Shown here piece after piece: positions 29,701 through 38,934 of a stretch of 64,000 bases of DNA. This DNA is from Hyphomicrobiales bacterium (GTDB lineage Bacteria > Bacteroidota > Bacteroidia > Bacteroidales > JBGRPZ01). The stretch is taken from the NCBI GenBank assembly GCA_041725915.1, contig JBGRPZ010000002.1, forward strand, positions 8,593-72,592. The letters are read 5' to 3'. How positions within the stretch are numbered: the first letter of the stretch is position 1; every line of letters begins with the position of its first letter. The notes beneath the pieces were generated by a model, which searched no databases, was not told the DNA's origin, and worked only from the letters and a program-made list of their open reading frames with translations. The position numbers and the translations under genes are program-made.

Positions 29701-30431
29701 ACAGGATGATCGATGAACTCTCTGATAGTGCCAGCCGCCTTGCTAAATCTGAAAGGGAAAGCGCATGGAGAACTATGGCCAGACAGGTGGCTCATGAAAT
29801 AAAAAATCCACTTACCCCCATGAAGCTTAGTATTCAATATCTACAAAGAGCATACAATGACAATGCGCCTGATTGGGATCAAAAACTGAAAAGATTCTCC
29901 AACAACCTTGTTGAACAGATTGATACGCTTGCTGATATCGCTACCGCATTCTCTGACTTTGCAAAAATGCCTCTCGGTAATCCTGAAAAAACTAATGTGG
30001 GTGCTGCCGTCGCCGCTGCTGTGGAAATATTCAGTGAACAACCTTATATCCGTATCAATACTGACTTTGATCATGAAAAAGTTTATGGTGTCTATGCTGA
30101 CCCTAAACAGCTTATAAGAATATTCAACAATATCATCAAGAATGCGATACAGTCTATTCAGCCTGGCAATGAAGGTTATATCGATGTAAGCATCAAACAA
30201 AAAGGCAAATACTGGCTAATCGCTATAAAAGATAATGGTAAGGGAATACCTAAGGATGCAAGATATAAAATCTTTGTCCCCAACTTCACCACTAAAACCA
30301 GTGGTATGGGATTGGGTCTTGCTATGGTTAAAAATATTGTGACTAATGCTAAAGGTGATATATGGTTCGACTCTGAAGAAAATGAAGGTACTACCTTCTT
30401 TATTGAGTTCCCTATCTTCGATGAGGAATAA
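26736..30431 (+). CDS. Multi-TM sensor histidine kinase (HAMP-HisKA-HATPase)
   Basis: 1231 aa with many TM helices. H-box is AHEIKNPLTPM, N-box is NNIIKNAIQS and the G-boxes are DNGKGIP and GMGLGLAMV. No response regulator gene is adjacent. Confidence 0.85.
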   Translation: MKRCIPYPPKHILALIICAISLIVAIGLNYRYRNNNNISKIEKNFKKVLNEKELAISEICSDITSDLTKTNSEYLFNKYSNDFYKTGYEIIVYNKDSLVFWSDNKIPIPNRYERTTFKGKTQHFPNGYYYITTYERENYKIVGLILLKSDYQFKNEYLENIFPEDYIIPSNIAIIQEKGFGTPVSDIHGNYLFSIDKNTIPKLMPGQANTLAIFYIIALFALLIFLSSLFIKNIPLFQTRYLAFFTFLITIIIIRVILYWLNPNEVKDFSPLFSPNYYASSYWMSSLGDLIINTILIFISAQFFYHTQRPATSIKESGSIQRNTIITILGLLVALYEIWIFGIARGLIINSNIVLDLNNILVLNFYSLIAFLVITLLLISFFYIIIRVLLLIKEYSENKSYTYIILTLTPIVVFLVHSDEILSIVSFFNILILYLIFFLAQRKNPNPFSPSAFILYLLLISGSYTVILQNTLATKEHEQRELLSVRLSETSDPILEYSFSNIEKKIQTDSTLIKMLVKYDSGRLGEEKIIDYLNTTYFKGIWEQYSFFIWVCPEGEMINGDEEAVDCYQFFNDIISNYGNSTSSPHLIAIKEVVGHARYLGKFTFFKDSDTTPTTRIYIDIFSKLLRKRLGYPELLVDEGSNSFPKIKDYSYARYINNFLDNREGSYFYNLELNDVFKEVPSGSFIDYSGYSHYVEKENDNTILIVSKKNISFFNWFAPFSYMFLFFGIIAMIIIFLNNLSLFKDKKPMSFRNRLQFAMLGIILVSFLFVGISTSIYILGLNKQKNLEILQEKTRSVQIELEHKLANSNALRTSNRQYIQDQLSKFSEVFFIDINLYDTEGELIATSLPEVFNEGLISKQMNTTAFEHIVFQNDLLYTHNESIGRHSYYSAYINFTDSQGRIIAYLNLLYFARQGEIQKEISGFLVSYINIYVILIAITILMGIFVAKYITHPIELIRNKLRKISLNKTNEKIEWNQNDEIGALVNEYNRMIDELSDSASRLAKSERESAWRTMARQVAHEIKNPLTPMKLSIQYLQRAYNDNAPDWDQKLKRFSNNLVEQIDTLADIATAFSDFAKMPLGNPEKTNVGAAVAAAVEIFSEQPYIRINTDFDHEKVYGVYADPKQLIRIFNNIIKNAIQSIQPGNEGYIDVSIKQKGKYWLIAIKDNGKGIPKDARYKIFVPNFTTKTSGMGLGLAMVKNIVTNAKGDIWFDSEENEGTTFFIEFPIFDEE

Positions 30432-30450
30432 ATACAGAGATCTTTGAATA

Positions 30451-30464
30451 GTTTCACATGAAAC
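30451..30464. promoter_or_regulatory. 14-nt perfect palindrome GTTTCACATGAAAC (copy 4 of 4)
   Basis: Begins 20 nt after the kinase stop codon. The central ATG opens the doubtful 93-aa ORF 30458-30739. Confidence 0.55.
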
Positions 30465-30812
30465 ATCAAGCCCTTTGCTTATGTTTCATTTTACCATATA
30501 ACACCCCTCTATATAATATACATATAGATTCAAATAATAGTATTATACTCGCGAACTGTCAAGTGTTAATGCGTGGTGTTTTCAGCCTATATAATGAAGA
30601 AATCAAAGGTGAAAGTCTGCTCTTCTTAAGAAAGGGACAAACTTATTCCCCTTTTATTTCTTCCATAAAACTAGTGCTGGAGATTGTAATAACAGTCAAT
30701 AAATACATGCGCCCTGCATATATCACTTGTTATAACTGAACTCTCCTTTATTCTTCTCTTCCTAATCTGAAAAATCTAATGACTTATTCAGAAACCTAGA
30801 TCTTTATGTATA

Positions 30813-32141
30813 CTAGGCTTTTGTCTTTGAAAATCTAAGTAAGAGATAACCCGTTACACCTGATATAAGGGAACTAATCAGCACTGCAAGCTTTGCTATA
30901 TTCAATTCTTCTCCTGATGAAAAAGCAAGCTGAGATACAAAGAAAGACATTGTAAATCCAATACCTGCAAGGAATCCCAAGCCAACAATCTGTTTCCACC
31001 TAATATCAACAGGCTTATCTGCTATCTTTAAAGCTACACTGATTCTTGAAAATAGATATATCCCTACAGGCTTTCCTATAAATAATCCTACAAATATGCC
31101 TAATGATATTGAACTACTTAACTCTGAAATCAAAGTGTTGTCAATAAATATTCCAGCATTCGAAAATGCAAATAATGGGACAATTATATAAACTACATAA
31201 GGGTGCAATTTATGTTCTAGCCATTGCAATGGGCTCAATACATCTTCACAATTTTTCTCTACTGTGTATATGGCAGATTGTATGAATTTCTGTTCAATAC
31301 CAGCTTGTCGCGATTCTTTATGTTCACGTATCTTATGAATGATCTTGATATTACATTCAACAAATTCTTTCAATGATCGGTTGGCTCTGGAAGGGATAGT
31401 GAATGCTAATAAAATACCTGCTATAGTAGCATGAACCCCTGATTTAAGAAAAGCATACCACAGTATAACTCCTAATACTAAATAGATGCCTTTTGTTCTT
31501 ATGCTTAGGAAATTCAGCATGAGTAATATCACAAATATTATACCTCCGAATATCAAAGCCATCGTGTTAATGCTACTGGTGTAAAAAACTGCAATTACAA
31601 TGACTGCTCCAATATCATCAATTATTGCCAATGAGGTTAAGAATAACTTCAAGCTGGTGGGGATTCTCTTCCCAAGAAGAGTCAATACTCCCAAAGCAAA
31701 TGCAATATCTGTAGCCATTGGAATACCCCAAGCATGAGAACCTATATCCCCTTTATTCAAGGAGAAATATAATAAAGCAGGGACTATCATCCCTCCAACA
31801 GCAGCAAATATAGGTAAGCTGGCTTTCTTGAAACTTGATAAACCACCCGTCAATATCTCTCTCTTGATCTCCAATCCAACAACAAAGAAGAAAATAGCCA
31901 TCAGACCATCATTGATCCAATGTAAAACAGATAAATCGAACTTAAGGTTCTCGAATTTTAAGCCTGCATATTTATCCCAGAAGCTGATAAAGGAAGGACC
32001 AAAAGCTGAATTGGCCACTATCAAAGCAGCAATACTAGCTATAATTAATATAATTCCCCCAAATGATTCCAATCGGACAAAACTCTGCAACGGATCCGTG
32101 ATTTTATTCAGTAAAGGTTTTCTGTGAATTGATGATTTCAT
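30813..32141 (-). CDS. nhaA: Na+/H+ antiporter NhaA
   Basis: 442 aa. Hallmark WINDGLMAIFFFVVGLEIKRE and the DD pair (IIDDIGAV). Confidence 0.95.
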   Translation of the reverse strand: MKSSIHRKPLLNKITDPLQSFVRLESFGGIILIIASIAALIVANSAFGPSFISFWDKYAGLKFENLKFDLSVLHWINDGLMAIFFFVVGLEIKREILTGGLSSFKKASLPIFAAVGGMIVPALLYFSLNKGDIGSHAWGIPMATDIAFALGVLTLLGKRIPTSLKLFLTSLAIIDDIGAVIVIAVFYTSSINTMALIFGGIIFVILLMLNFLSIRTKGIYLVLGVILWYAFLKSGVHATIAGILLAFTIPSRANRSLKEFVECNIKIIHKIREHKESRQAGIEQKFIQSAIYTVEKNCEDVLSPLQWLEHKLHPYVVYIIVPLFAFSNAGIFIDNTLISELSSSISLGIFVGLFIGKPVGIYLFSRISVALKIADKPVDIRWKQIVGLGFLAGIGFTMSFFVSQLAFSSGEELNIAKLAVLISSLISGVTGYLLLRFSKTKA

Positions 32142-32443
32142 TTTGTGTTATTTATGATGTAAACATGAACTTCCTGTACATAATTATATGTCAACTGTTG
32201 TATAATAGATGTATAACGTATAAATACTAAAGTAGTTTAAAAACTCTTAAAACTTATAATCAGTTTATCTCTATGTAATCGTAATTAAAAAAAAACGCGA
32301 AAAGTAATACACTCCTTTCAGGATAACTTATTCTTAGTTTACTACTTACTAAACATTTTGACAACTCCCCCTAACCAATCAAGGGGATTATATCCCCTCC
32401 CCCTACAAAAAAGAAAATCCTCTCCCTGAAAAATCTCAATTTT

Positions 32444-32500
32444 AGCCCGACAAATGACCAACTTTAGGCAGGAAGATGCCCCATCATAGGCAGGAAGATG
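32444..32500 (+). repeat. Copy B: AGCCCGACAAA unit followed by two TAGGCAGGAAGATG direct repeats (22-nt phasing)
   Basis: AGCCCGACAAA is at 32444-32454. TAGGCAGGAAGATG is at 32465-32478 and 32487-32500. Flanked by complementary ATCTCAAT (about 32432) / ATTGAGAT (about 32520) and GCCCGA (32446-32451) / TCGGGC (32555-32560). Confidence 0.55.
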
Positions 32501-32564
32501 GTCGATCTTCAACGGAAAGATTGAGATCCGTCCCCCCGAAAAATCAAAATTCTATCGGGCGTAA

Positions 32565-32596
32565 ACAAAAAAGCCAGCTCTACAATAGAGCTGGCT
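32565..32596 (-). terminator. rho-independent terminator of the 32622-33350 gene
   Basis: AGCCAGCTCTA-caa-TAGAGCTGGCT, with an A-run on the plus strand that reads as a T-run on the minus strand. Confidence 0.75.
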
Positions 32597-32621
32597 TAAA
32601 TAGTGGTAATTAATATTACCC

Positions 32622-33350
32622 CTACTTGACGATCACTTTTCTTGCATAGTTAGTGATATGAGATCTTTTACCCAAAATACTTACAAAATGCACTTTGTAA
32701 GTTCCCGGGGTGAGGCTTTCAGGAACATTAAACAGAAGTGTTCGTTTGCTAAAGCTTCGAATATTCTCAACTTCATGCTCTGTTCCTTCACTATCAATAA
32801 GTCGGATACCAGATTCAGGGAATTCAGGATTATAATTCAGGTTAGCACCTTCGATCTTTGCCGTTCTACCCAAATGGATTTCATCAACAATTTCAGGGTG
32901 GAATAATGATACTTCAGTGATTACAGGCATCTTAGGATTATAGTCAACTTTTTCAAAGTTCATAAGATCCAAAGGATAGGTTTTCTTTCTTACTGTCATA
33001 GGTAAGTGAAGATTTTCGACAATCTTGTGTTCTGTGCAGTTAACAGGGTCGAACTCTTCAATATCATCTTTCAAAGATCCTTTGATTATACTTTTCGCTT
33101 GAAGCCAATTACAATTCAGTGAATCACCTTGATTCAGGATTGAAGAAACCATTTCCCAAAAAGTATTAACGGATGCAACAAATAGTTCAGCAGGGATCTG
33201 ACTAATTTCTCTTTGCATATTCAAGAATTCTTCATGTTGAATACTTCTCTTAGCATGGTGCTTTAGGTAAGTATGTGCTTCACCGTTCTTAAAGCTGATC
33301 TGACGAGTAGAATATTGAAAAGGCAGTTGTGAATTATTTACTTTTTTCAT
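32622..33350 (-). CDS. DUF4469-like protein (HU-related N-terminus plus Ig-like C-terminal domain), paralog of the 1-312 fragment
   Basis: 242 aa. The C-terminal half (PVITEVSLF...AKIEGANLNYNP...LIDSEGTEHEV...LTPGTYKVHFVS) fits the remembered DUF4469 pattern. Confidence 0.55.
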   Translation of the reverse strand: MKKVNNSQLPFQYSTRQISFKNGEAHTYLKHHAKRSIQHEEFLNMQREISQIPAELFVASVNTFWEMVSSILNQGDSLNCNWLQAKSIIKGSLKDDIEEFDPVNCTEHKIVENLHLPMTVRKKTYPLDLMNFEKVDYNPKMPVITEVSLFHPEIVDEIHLGRTAKIEGANLNYNPEFPESGIRLIDSEGTEHEVENIRSFSKRTLLFNVPESLTPGTYKVHFVSILGKRSHITNYARKVIVK

Positions 33351-33694
33351 AATTGTTAATTTTTAAGTTTAAAAGAAGACATAGCAATGGCCATAGGACA
33401 TAAAAGCATACTCCTTCTTTAAAATGGGTTAATAAATAAATGGATAATTTACAAACAGATACGTTTCTCTTTTTAGGCCTAATAACGATGTCTGAAATGT
33501 TGATAATTCAAATTTATAATGGAAATATAGATTATGCAATAGCTGAAAAGTTAAAAAACGTTAAAAGATATTTTAACATTTGTAGAGCCAAGAAAAAGCA
33601 TTATTCAAGCCAAAAAACTAAATCTTTGATTTATAGTGATATAAAAAATCAACCTGAAGATCACGAGCGAATCACTTACGCCCTTAAACTGTCC

Positions 33695-33773
33695 AAAGTC
33701 TCGAGTGTTTGACTCAAAGTCTCGAGTGTTTGATGAAAGTCTCGAGTGTTTGGGCGAAAGTCTCGAGTGTTTG
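33695..33773 (+). repeat. Four perfect direct repeats of AAAGTCTCGAGTGTTTG (iteron-like array)
   Basis: Copies at 33695-33711, 33716-33732, 33736-33752 and 33757-33773, with spacing 21/20/21 nt. Each copy contains the palindrome CTCGAG. Confidence 0.9.
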
Positions 33774-33859
33774 GATGATTTCATATCGAAAATAAAATCA
33801 AGGGGAGAAACATGAAGAAAAATGAAGGATTTTTGAGGTTTTCACTCCCCTTTAAACAT

Positions 33860-33888
33860 AAAAAAAGAGGATGATTTCTCATCCTCTC
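33860..33888 (-). terminator. rho-independent terminator of lysS
   Basis: GAGGATGA-tttc-TCATCCTC, with a T-run on the minus strand. Confidence 0.75.
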
Positions 33889-33928
33889 CTGTCTAATTAT
33901 TTTTCAATATAGTGATTAGACAACAAAA

Positions 33929-35647
33929 TTATTGCTGCCATGCCTTTATATCATCAACAGAAATTGAAGGAACATCTAACTTCATCTTCTTGCGAAGACC
34001 ACCCAAATCATTTTGAAGTTGGTTAGAATTAGCTTCCTTAAGTTCGTCTATAGTATTTATATTCTTCTTTCTTAAAGCAGGGATCCATCCTTCAGGAACA
34101 CCTTGATCAATAAACTCTTGATCAGTTGCTATATGAGGCTTAGCTTCAGGTTTCATCTGAGGGAAGAATAACACTTCCTGAATAGATTCCTGATTAGTCA
34201 TCAACATTACAAGTCTGTCAATACCAATACCCATACCAGATGTAGGAGGCATACCATACTCAAGAGCACGAAGGAAATCCTGATCAATAAACATTGCTTC
34301 ATCATCACCCTTTTCAGAAAGCTGCATTTGCTCTTCAAAACGTTCTCTCTGATCGATAGGATCATTAAGTTCAGAATAAGCATTAGCAATCTCCTTACCA
34401 TTGATCATCAATTCAAATCTCTCTGTAAGTTCAGGATTCGAGCGATGTCTTTTACAAAGTGGAGACATTTCAACAGGATAGTCAGTGATGAAAGTAGGTT
34501 GAATAAAGTTACCTTCAGCATATTCCCCAAAGATCTCATCAATCAATTTACCTTTACCCATAGACTCATCAACCTCAATCTTCAATTCTTTGGCAATCTC
34601 GCGGATTTCATCCTCAGTCTTACCATTAAGATCTTTACCTGTATATTCTTTGATAGCATCAAGAATAGGAAGACGACGATAAGGAGCTTTGAAGTTGATC
34701 TTCTTATCACCCACTTGGAGTTCAGCAGTTCCATGCAGAGCAACAGCAACTTTTTCAAGCATCTGCTCAGTGAAATCCATCATCCAGTTATAGTCTTTAT
34801 AAGCGATATAGATCTCCATAACAGTAAACTCAGGGTTGTGAGTTCTGTCCATACCCTCATTACGGAAGTCTTTAGCAAACTCATAAACTCCATCAAATCC
34901 ACCAACGATCAATCTCTTTAGGTAAAGCTCATTAGCAATACGAAGGTAAAGAGGGATATTCAATGCGTTATGGTGAGTAGTGAAAGGACGAGCAGAAGCA
35001 CCTCCAGGGATAGGCTGAAGTATTGGAGTTTCAACCTCAAGATATCCTTTACTGTTGAAGAAATCGCGCATAGTGTTGATCATCTTAGTACGCTTGATGA
35101 AAGTCTCTTTCACACCTTCGTTTACAAGCAAATCAACATAACGCATACGATATCTTAAGTCTGGATCAGTAAAAGCATCATATACTTTATCATCTTTTTC
35201 CTTAACAATAGGTAGTGGTTTGAGAGACTTCGAAAGAACTGTAAATTCCTTGACATGGATACTGGTTTCACCCATCTTAGTAGTAAACACATGGCCTTTA
35301 ACACCAATAATATCACCTATATCAAGAAGGCGTTTAAACACAGTATTATAAAGTGTCTTATCCTCACCACTACAGATTTCATCTCTTTTAAAATAGCATT
35401 GTATACGAGCAGCACCGTCTTTAAGCTCTATAAATGAAGCAGCGCCCATAATTCGGCGGCTCATTATTCTACCAGCAATAACTACATCCTGATAAAGAGA
35501 CTGATCATTTGGGAAGTTCTCTTTTATCTCTTCTGCAGTGGCATTAGTTTTATATTCTGCTGCCGGATAAGGTTCAATTCCTAAATCTCTTAACTCCTTC
35601 AAGGAGTTCCTACGTACAATTTCCTGTTCGCTCAATTCTAAAGCCAT
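33929..35647 (-). CDS. lysS: Lysine--tRNA ligase (class II) with a Bacteroidota-type C-terminal extension
   Basis: 572 aa with class II motifs (FRNEG, GGIGIDRL-like [12 protein letters not shown]) and an OB-fold N-domain. Confidence 0.95.
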   Translation of the reverse strand: MALELSEQEIVRRNSLKELRDLGIEPYPAAEYKTNATAEEIKENFPNDQSLYQDVVIAGRIMSRRIMGAASFIELKDGAARIQCYFKRDEICSGEDKTLYNTVFKRLLDIGDIIGVKGHVFTTKMGETSIHVKEFTVLSKSLKPLPIVKEKDDKVYDAFTDPDLRYRMRYVDLLVNEGVKETFIKRTKMINTMRDFFNSKGYLEVETPILQPIPGGASARPFTTHHNALNIPLYLRIANELYLKRLIVGGFDGVYEFAKDFRNEGMDRTHNPEFTVMEIYIAYKDYNWMMDFTEQMLEKVAVALHGTAELQVGDKKINFKAPYRRLPILDAIKEYTGKDLNGKTEDEIREIAKELKIEVDESMGKGKLIDEIFGEYAEGNFIQPTFITDYPVEMSPLCKRHRSNPELTERFELMINGKEIANAYSELNDPIDQRERFEEQMQLSEKGDDEAMFIDQDFLRALEYGMPPTSGMGIGIDRLVMLMTNQESIQEVLFFPQMKPEAKPHIATDQEFIDQGVPEGWIPALRKKNINTIDELKEANSNQLQNDLGGLRKKMKLDVPSISVDDIKAWQQ

Positions 35648-35664
35648 ACCTATTTAAATTTTTG

Positions 35665-35672
35665 CAAAGATA
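35665..35672 (-). promoter_or_regulatory. candidate -7 box for lysS
   Basis: The minus strand reads TATCTTTG, 17 nt upstream of ATG 35647. Confidence 0.45.
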
Positions 35673-35980
35673 ATAAAGTCATTCAAATTGTAAGAAACGG
35701 AAAATTATTCCGTTATGATATGTACTGTAATAACTTTAAAGCAAATATTTGTATTTTAATAAAAGAATGGGGAAAGAATCCTTTAGGTGCTGTCCACAGC
35801 ATCATACTTATTATTCATCAGCAATAGGTGAGTTAATAATAGTTGGGGCGTAAAGGTAATAATCAAAGGATAAATGACAGATTCTACTACCTTAGCGACA
35901 GGTTGATTGAACAAAACTTCTCATGTCCTACACCAATATTCTTCATCCCATTCTGGTAGTAACCGCAATAAATCAAAATT

Positions 35981-36922
35981 ATGGAAAAAAACAAAATGAC
36001 AACGACTCCTGATCCTCATCCAAGGAAGAAGAAGTCTATGGCTGCGATCTTTGCAGTTGTTTTTGGTGTTATAGCAATCATTCTAGCTATTTGGCAGATC
36101 TCTAGCAGATCAGAACTAGTAGAACTAAGACAAACTCATGAAATCAGTGAAGAACAAAAAGTAGCTTTGCAATCTGAACTTGATTCTCTTTTAAATGAAC
36201 ATCAACTTATAAAAGAACAATATGTATCTGTCTCTGACTCTCTAAAAACTGCTGATCAAATCATCATCGATAAAGCCAGACAGATTAAAAAGCTGATGAA
36301 AACAAAATACAGCTACCAGAGAGTTAAGAAAGAATTAGATGAGCTAAAAGCAAGCACACGCTCTTATGGACAGAAGATTGACTCTCTTTATGCCGTAAAT
36401 GAGAAACTTGTTGTTGAAAACCAGCAAATAAGAACAGACTATAACGAAGAGAGAATGAGAAATGACAGTCTGACTCTTATAAGCGAAACTCTTAACAACA
36501 AAGTTGCTACTGCATCTATCCTGAAGACTTATGACATCAAAGCTGAAGGCGTTAAGGTCAGAGGAAACGGTAAAGAAAAAGTTACCGATAAAATCAGAAG
36601 GCTTAATAAACTTCGTATCTGCTTCAAACTTGGAGAGAATGACATTGTTGAGAAAGGAATTAAAGAGATTTATGTAAGAATTGCTCAACCTAATGACTCT
36701 ATTCTTATAGCTGGTGAAGGAGATGAGTATTCTTTCAATTATGAAGGAAATACCGTACAGTATTCTATCGCTCAAGAAGTAGAATATACAGGAGATGCTC
36801 TTGATTTATGTTTATATTATGATGTAAACAAGGAAATGAAACTTTCTCCGGGCAACTATCAAGCTGATATCTTTGCTGAAGGTCACAGCATAGGAACAGC
36901 CATCTTTAGCTTAAGAAAGTAA
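35981..36922 (+). CDS. Membrane-anchored coiled-coil protein, function unknown
   Basis: 313 aa with one TM (AAIFAVVFGVIAIILAIW) followed by a coiled-coil region. No family recognised. Confidence 0.5.
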   Translation: MEKNKMTTTPDPHPRKKKSMAAIFAVVFGVIAIILAIWQISSRSELVELRQTHEISEEQKVALQSELDSLLNEHQLIKEQYVSVSDSLKTADQIIIDKARQIKKLMKTKYSYQRVKKELDELKASTRSYGQKIDSLYAVNEKLVVENQQIRTDYNEERMRNDSLTLISETLNNKVATASILKTYDIKAEGVKVRGNGKEKVTDKIRRLNKLRICFKLGENDIVEKGIKEIYVRIAQPNDSILIAGEGDEYSFNYEGNTVQYSIAQEVEYTGDALDLCLYYDVNKEMKLSPGNYQADIFAEGHSIGTAIFSLRK

Positions 36923-36943
36923 TTACAAACTGAAGATATATAG

Positions 36944-36972
36944 AAAAAGGAAGCCGATTGGCTTCCTTTTTT
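36944..36972. terminator. bidirectional terminator between convergent genes
   Basis: AAAAAGGAAGCC-gatt-GGCTTCCTTTTT. Confidence 0.8.
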
Positions 36973-36998
36973 ATTTTATATATAGGATGTAGTTGATT

Positions 36999-38708
36999 CT
37001 ACTTCTTTTTAGCCTTTGACCAACTGTCTTTCAATGTAACAGTTCTGTTGAAGACCATTGCATCATCTTTGCTATCCTTACTATCAATACAGAAGTAACC
37101 TAGTCTTTCAAACTGATACCCTTGATCTGATGCTGCACCCTTCATTGTAGGTTCAAGCTTACAATGAGTAAGTACCTTTACAGAATTCGGATTGATATTA
37201 GATGTGAAATCTTTTCCTTCTTCAGCAGTATCAGGATTCTCTACATTGAAAAGACGATCGAACATACGAACCTCGATATCAAGAGCAGTGCTAGCCTCAA
37301 CCCAATGCAGTGCAGCCTTTACTTTTCTTGTACAACCTGTACCGCTCTTTGTTTCTGGATCATATGTACATCTTATCTCAGTAATTTTGCCAGTCTCATC
37401 CTTGATAACTTCTTCACACTTGATGATATAAGCGTACTTAAGTCTTACTTCACGACCTGGTGCCAATCTGAAGAACTTCTTTGGAGGATCTTCCATAAAG
37501 TCATCTCTCTCGATATATACTTCTCTTCCGAAAGGGACTTCACGTTTACCAAGTTCAGGTTTCTCTGGGTTTATTGTAGCCTCAAGAGTTTCTGTCTGTC
37601 CTTCAGGATAGTTTGTGATAACAAGCTTCACAGGATCAAGAACAGCCATTACTCTATTTGCATTCTTATTCAGATCTTCACGGATACTAAACTCAAGCAA
37701 TGATACATCAATAAGGTTCTCTCTCTTAGCGACTCCAATACGCTCAGCAAAGTTACGGATTGAAGCAGGAGTATAACCGCGACGGCGAAGGCCGCTGATG
37801 GTAGGCATACGAGGATCATCCCAACCAGAAACATACTTTTCTTCAACAAGCTTCAGCAGTTTACGCTTACTCATTATAGTATAATTCAGGTTCAATCTGG
37901 CAAACTCAATCTGTCTAGGTCTGTAATCACTATCAATCACCTGATCCAAAAACCAGTCATATAAAGGTCTGTGAACTTCAAACTCCAAAGTACATACAGA
38001 ATGAGTGATTCCTTCAATATAATCAGAGAGTCCATGAGCAAAATCATACATAGGATAGATACACCAATTATCACCAGTTCTATGGTGGTGAGTATGGCGG
38101 ATTCTATACACAATAGGATCTCTCATATGCATGTTTGGTGAAGCCATATCTATCTTTGCACGAAGTAGATATTTGCCATCCTCAAACTCTCCAGCTCTCA
38201 TACGTTGAAACAAGTCCAGGTTTTCCTCAACAGGGCGGTTTCTGTATGGACTCTCAGTACCAGGAACGGTAGGAGTACCTCTAAAATCGCGTATCTGCTC
38301 AGGATTAAGTTCGCAAACATAAGCTTTTCCCTTTTGGATGAGCTTAATTGCGAATTGATAAAGCTTTTCAAAATAATCAGAGGCATAGAACTCTCTATCT
38401 TGCCAGTCAAACCCTAACCATTTAACATCTTCACGAATTGAATCTACATACTCAGTATCTTCTTTCACTGGATTAGTATCATCAAATCTCAGGTTACATT
38501 TTCCATTGAAAGTATTAGACAATCCAAAATTCAGACAAATAGATTTAGCATGTCCGATGTGAAGATAGCCATTAGGCTCTGGAGGGAATCTTGTATGAAC
38601 TCTACTATCATTTTTCCCTTCTTGTAGATCGTCAGTAATTATCTGTTCTATAAAATTCAGACTTTCTTTACTGTCGCCTGCTTTTTCTTTATCATTAATA
38701 TCAGCCAT
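36999..38708 (-). CDS. glnS: Glutamine--tRNA ligase
   Basis: 569 aa. HIGH motif ([14 protein letters not shown]), KMSKS motif (IMSKRKL) and a GlnRS-type C-terminal anticodon-binding domain. Confidence 0.95.
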   Translation of the reverse strand: MADINDKEKAGDSKESLNFIEQIITDDLQEGKNDSRVHTRFPPEPNGYLHIGHAKSICLNFGLSNTFNGKCNLRFDDTNPVKEDTEYVDSIREDVKWLGFDWQDREFYASDYFEKLYQFAIKLIQKGKAYVCELNPEQIRDFRGTPTVPGTESPYRNRPVEENLDLFQRMRAGEFEDGKYLLRAKIDMASPNMHMRDPIVYRIRHTHHHRTGDNWCIYPMYDFAHGLSDYIEGITHSVCTLEFEVHRPLYDWFLDQVIDSDYRPRQIEFARLNLNYTIMSKRKLLKLVEEKYVSGWDDPRMPTISGLRRRGYTPASIRNFAERIGVAKRENLIDVSLLEFSIREDLNKNANRVMAVLDPVKLVITNYPEGQTETLEATINPEKPELGKREVPFGREVYIERDDFMEDPPKKFFRLAPGREVRLKYAYIIKCEEVIKDETGKITEIRCTYDPETKSGTGCTRKVKAALHWVEASTALDIEVRMFDRLFNVENPDTAEEGKDFTSNINPNSVKVLTHCKLEPTMKGAASDQGYQFERLGYFCIDSKDSKDDAMVFNRTVTLKDSWSKAKKK

Positions 38709-38934
38709 AGACTATAGATTTCAAAATATAATTACTTATAACAGCTTGAATATATTTTTATTACTCTAAACATATGAAGAGAGCAACAAAAGAATGCAAA
38801 ATTAATGAGATTCCTTTAAACTTATTCATTCAAGTTCAAAAGAGTTTAACATTAAAATGATAACAATATAATGAGGGAAAATAGTCTAGCAGCATAATTA
38901 TCTGCGAAAGAAAACCTTATTCTCTATACCCTAC

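Noticed and set aside
26736-30431. The orphan histidine kinase as part of a novel signalling system with the adjacent methyltransferase
   Set aside because: A terminator (26686-26714) separates the two genes. Orphan hybrid-like kinases are common in Bacteroidota. Nothing beyond adjacency supports a link.
30458-30739. 93-aa ORF after the histidine kinase gene
   Set aside because: Its composition looks non-coding and no motif is recognisable. It lies in a convergent gap. It is noteworthy only because its ATG is the centre of palindrome copy 4.
33440-33712. 90-aa ORF running into the 17-bp repeat array
   Set aside because: It has low-complexity, AT-driven codons. Its 3' end is made from the first repeat unit. 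No homolog-like features are visible.
33695-33773. Possible CRISPR array
   Set aside because: The repeats are 17 bp with only 3-4 bp between them. There are no spacers and no cas genes in the window.
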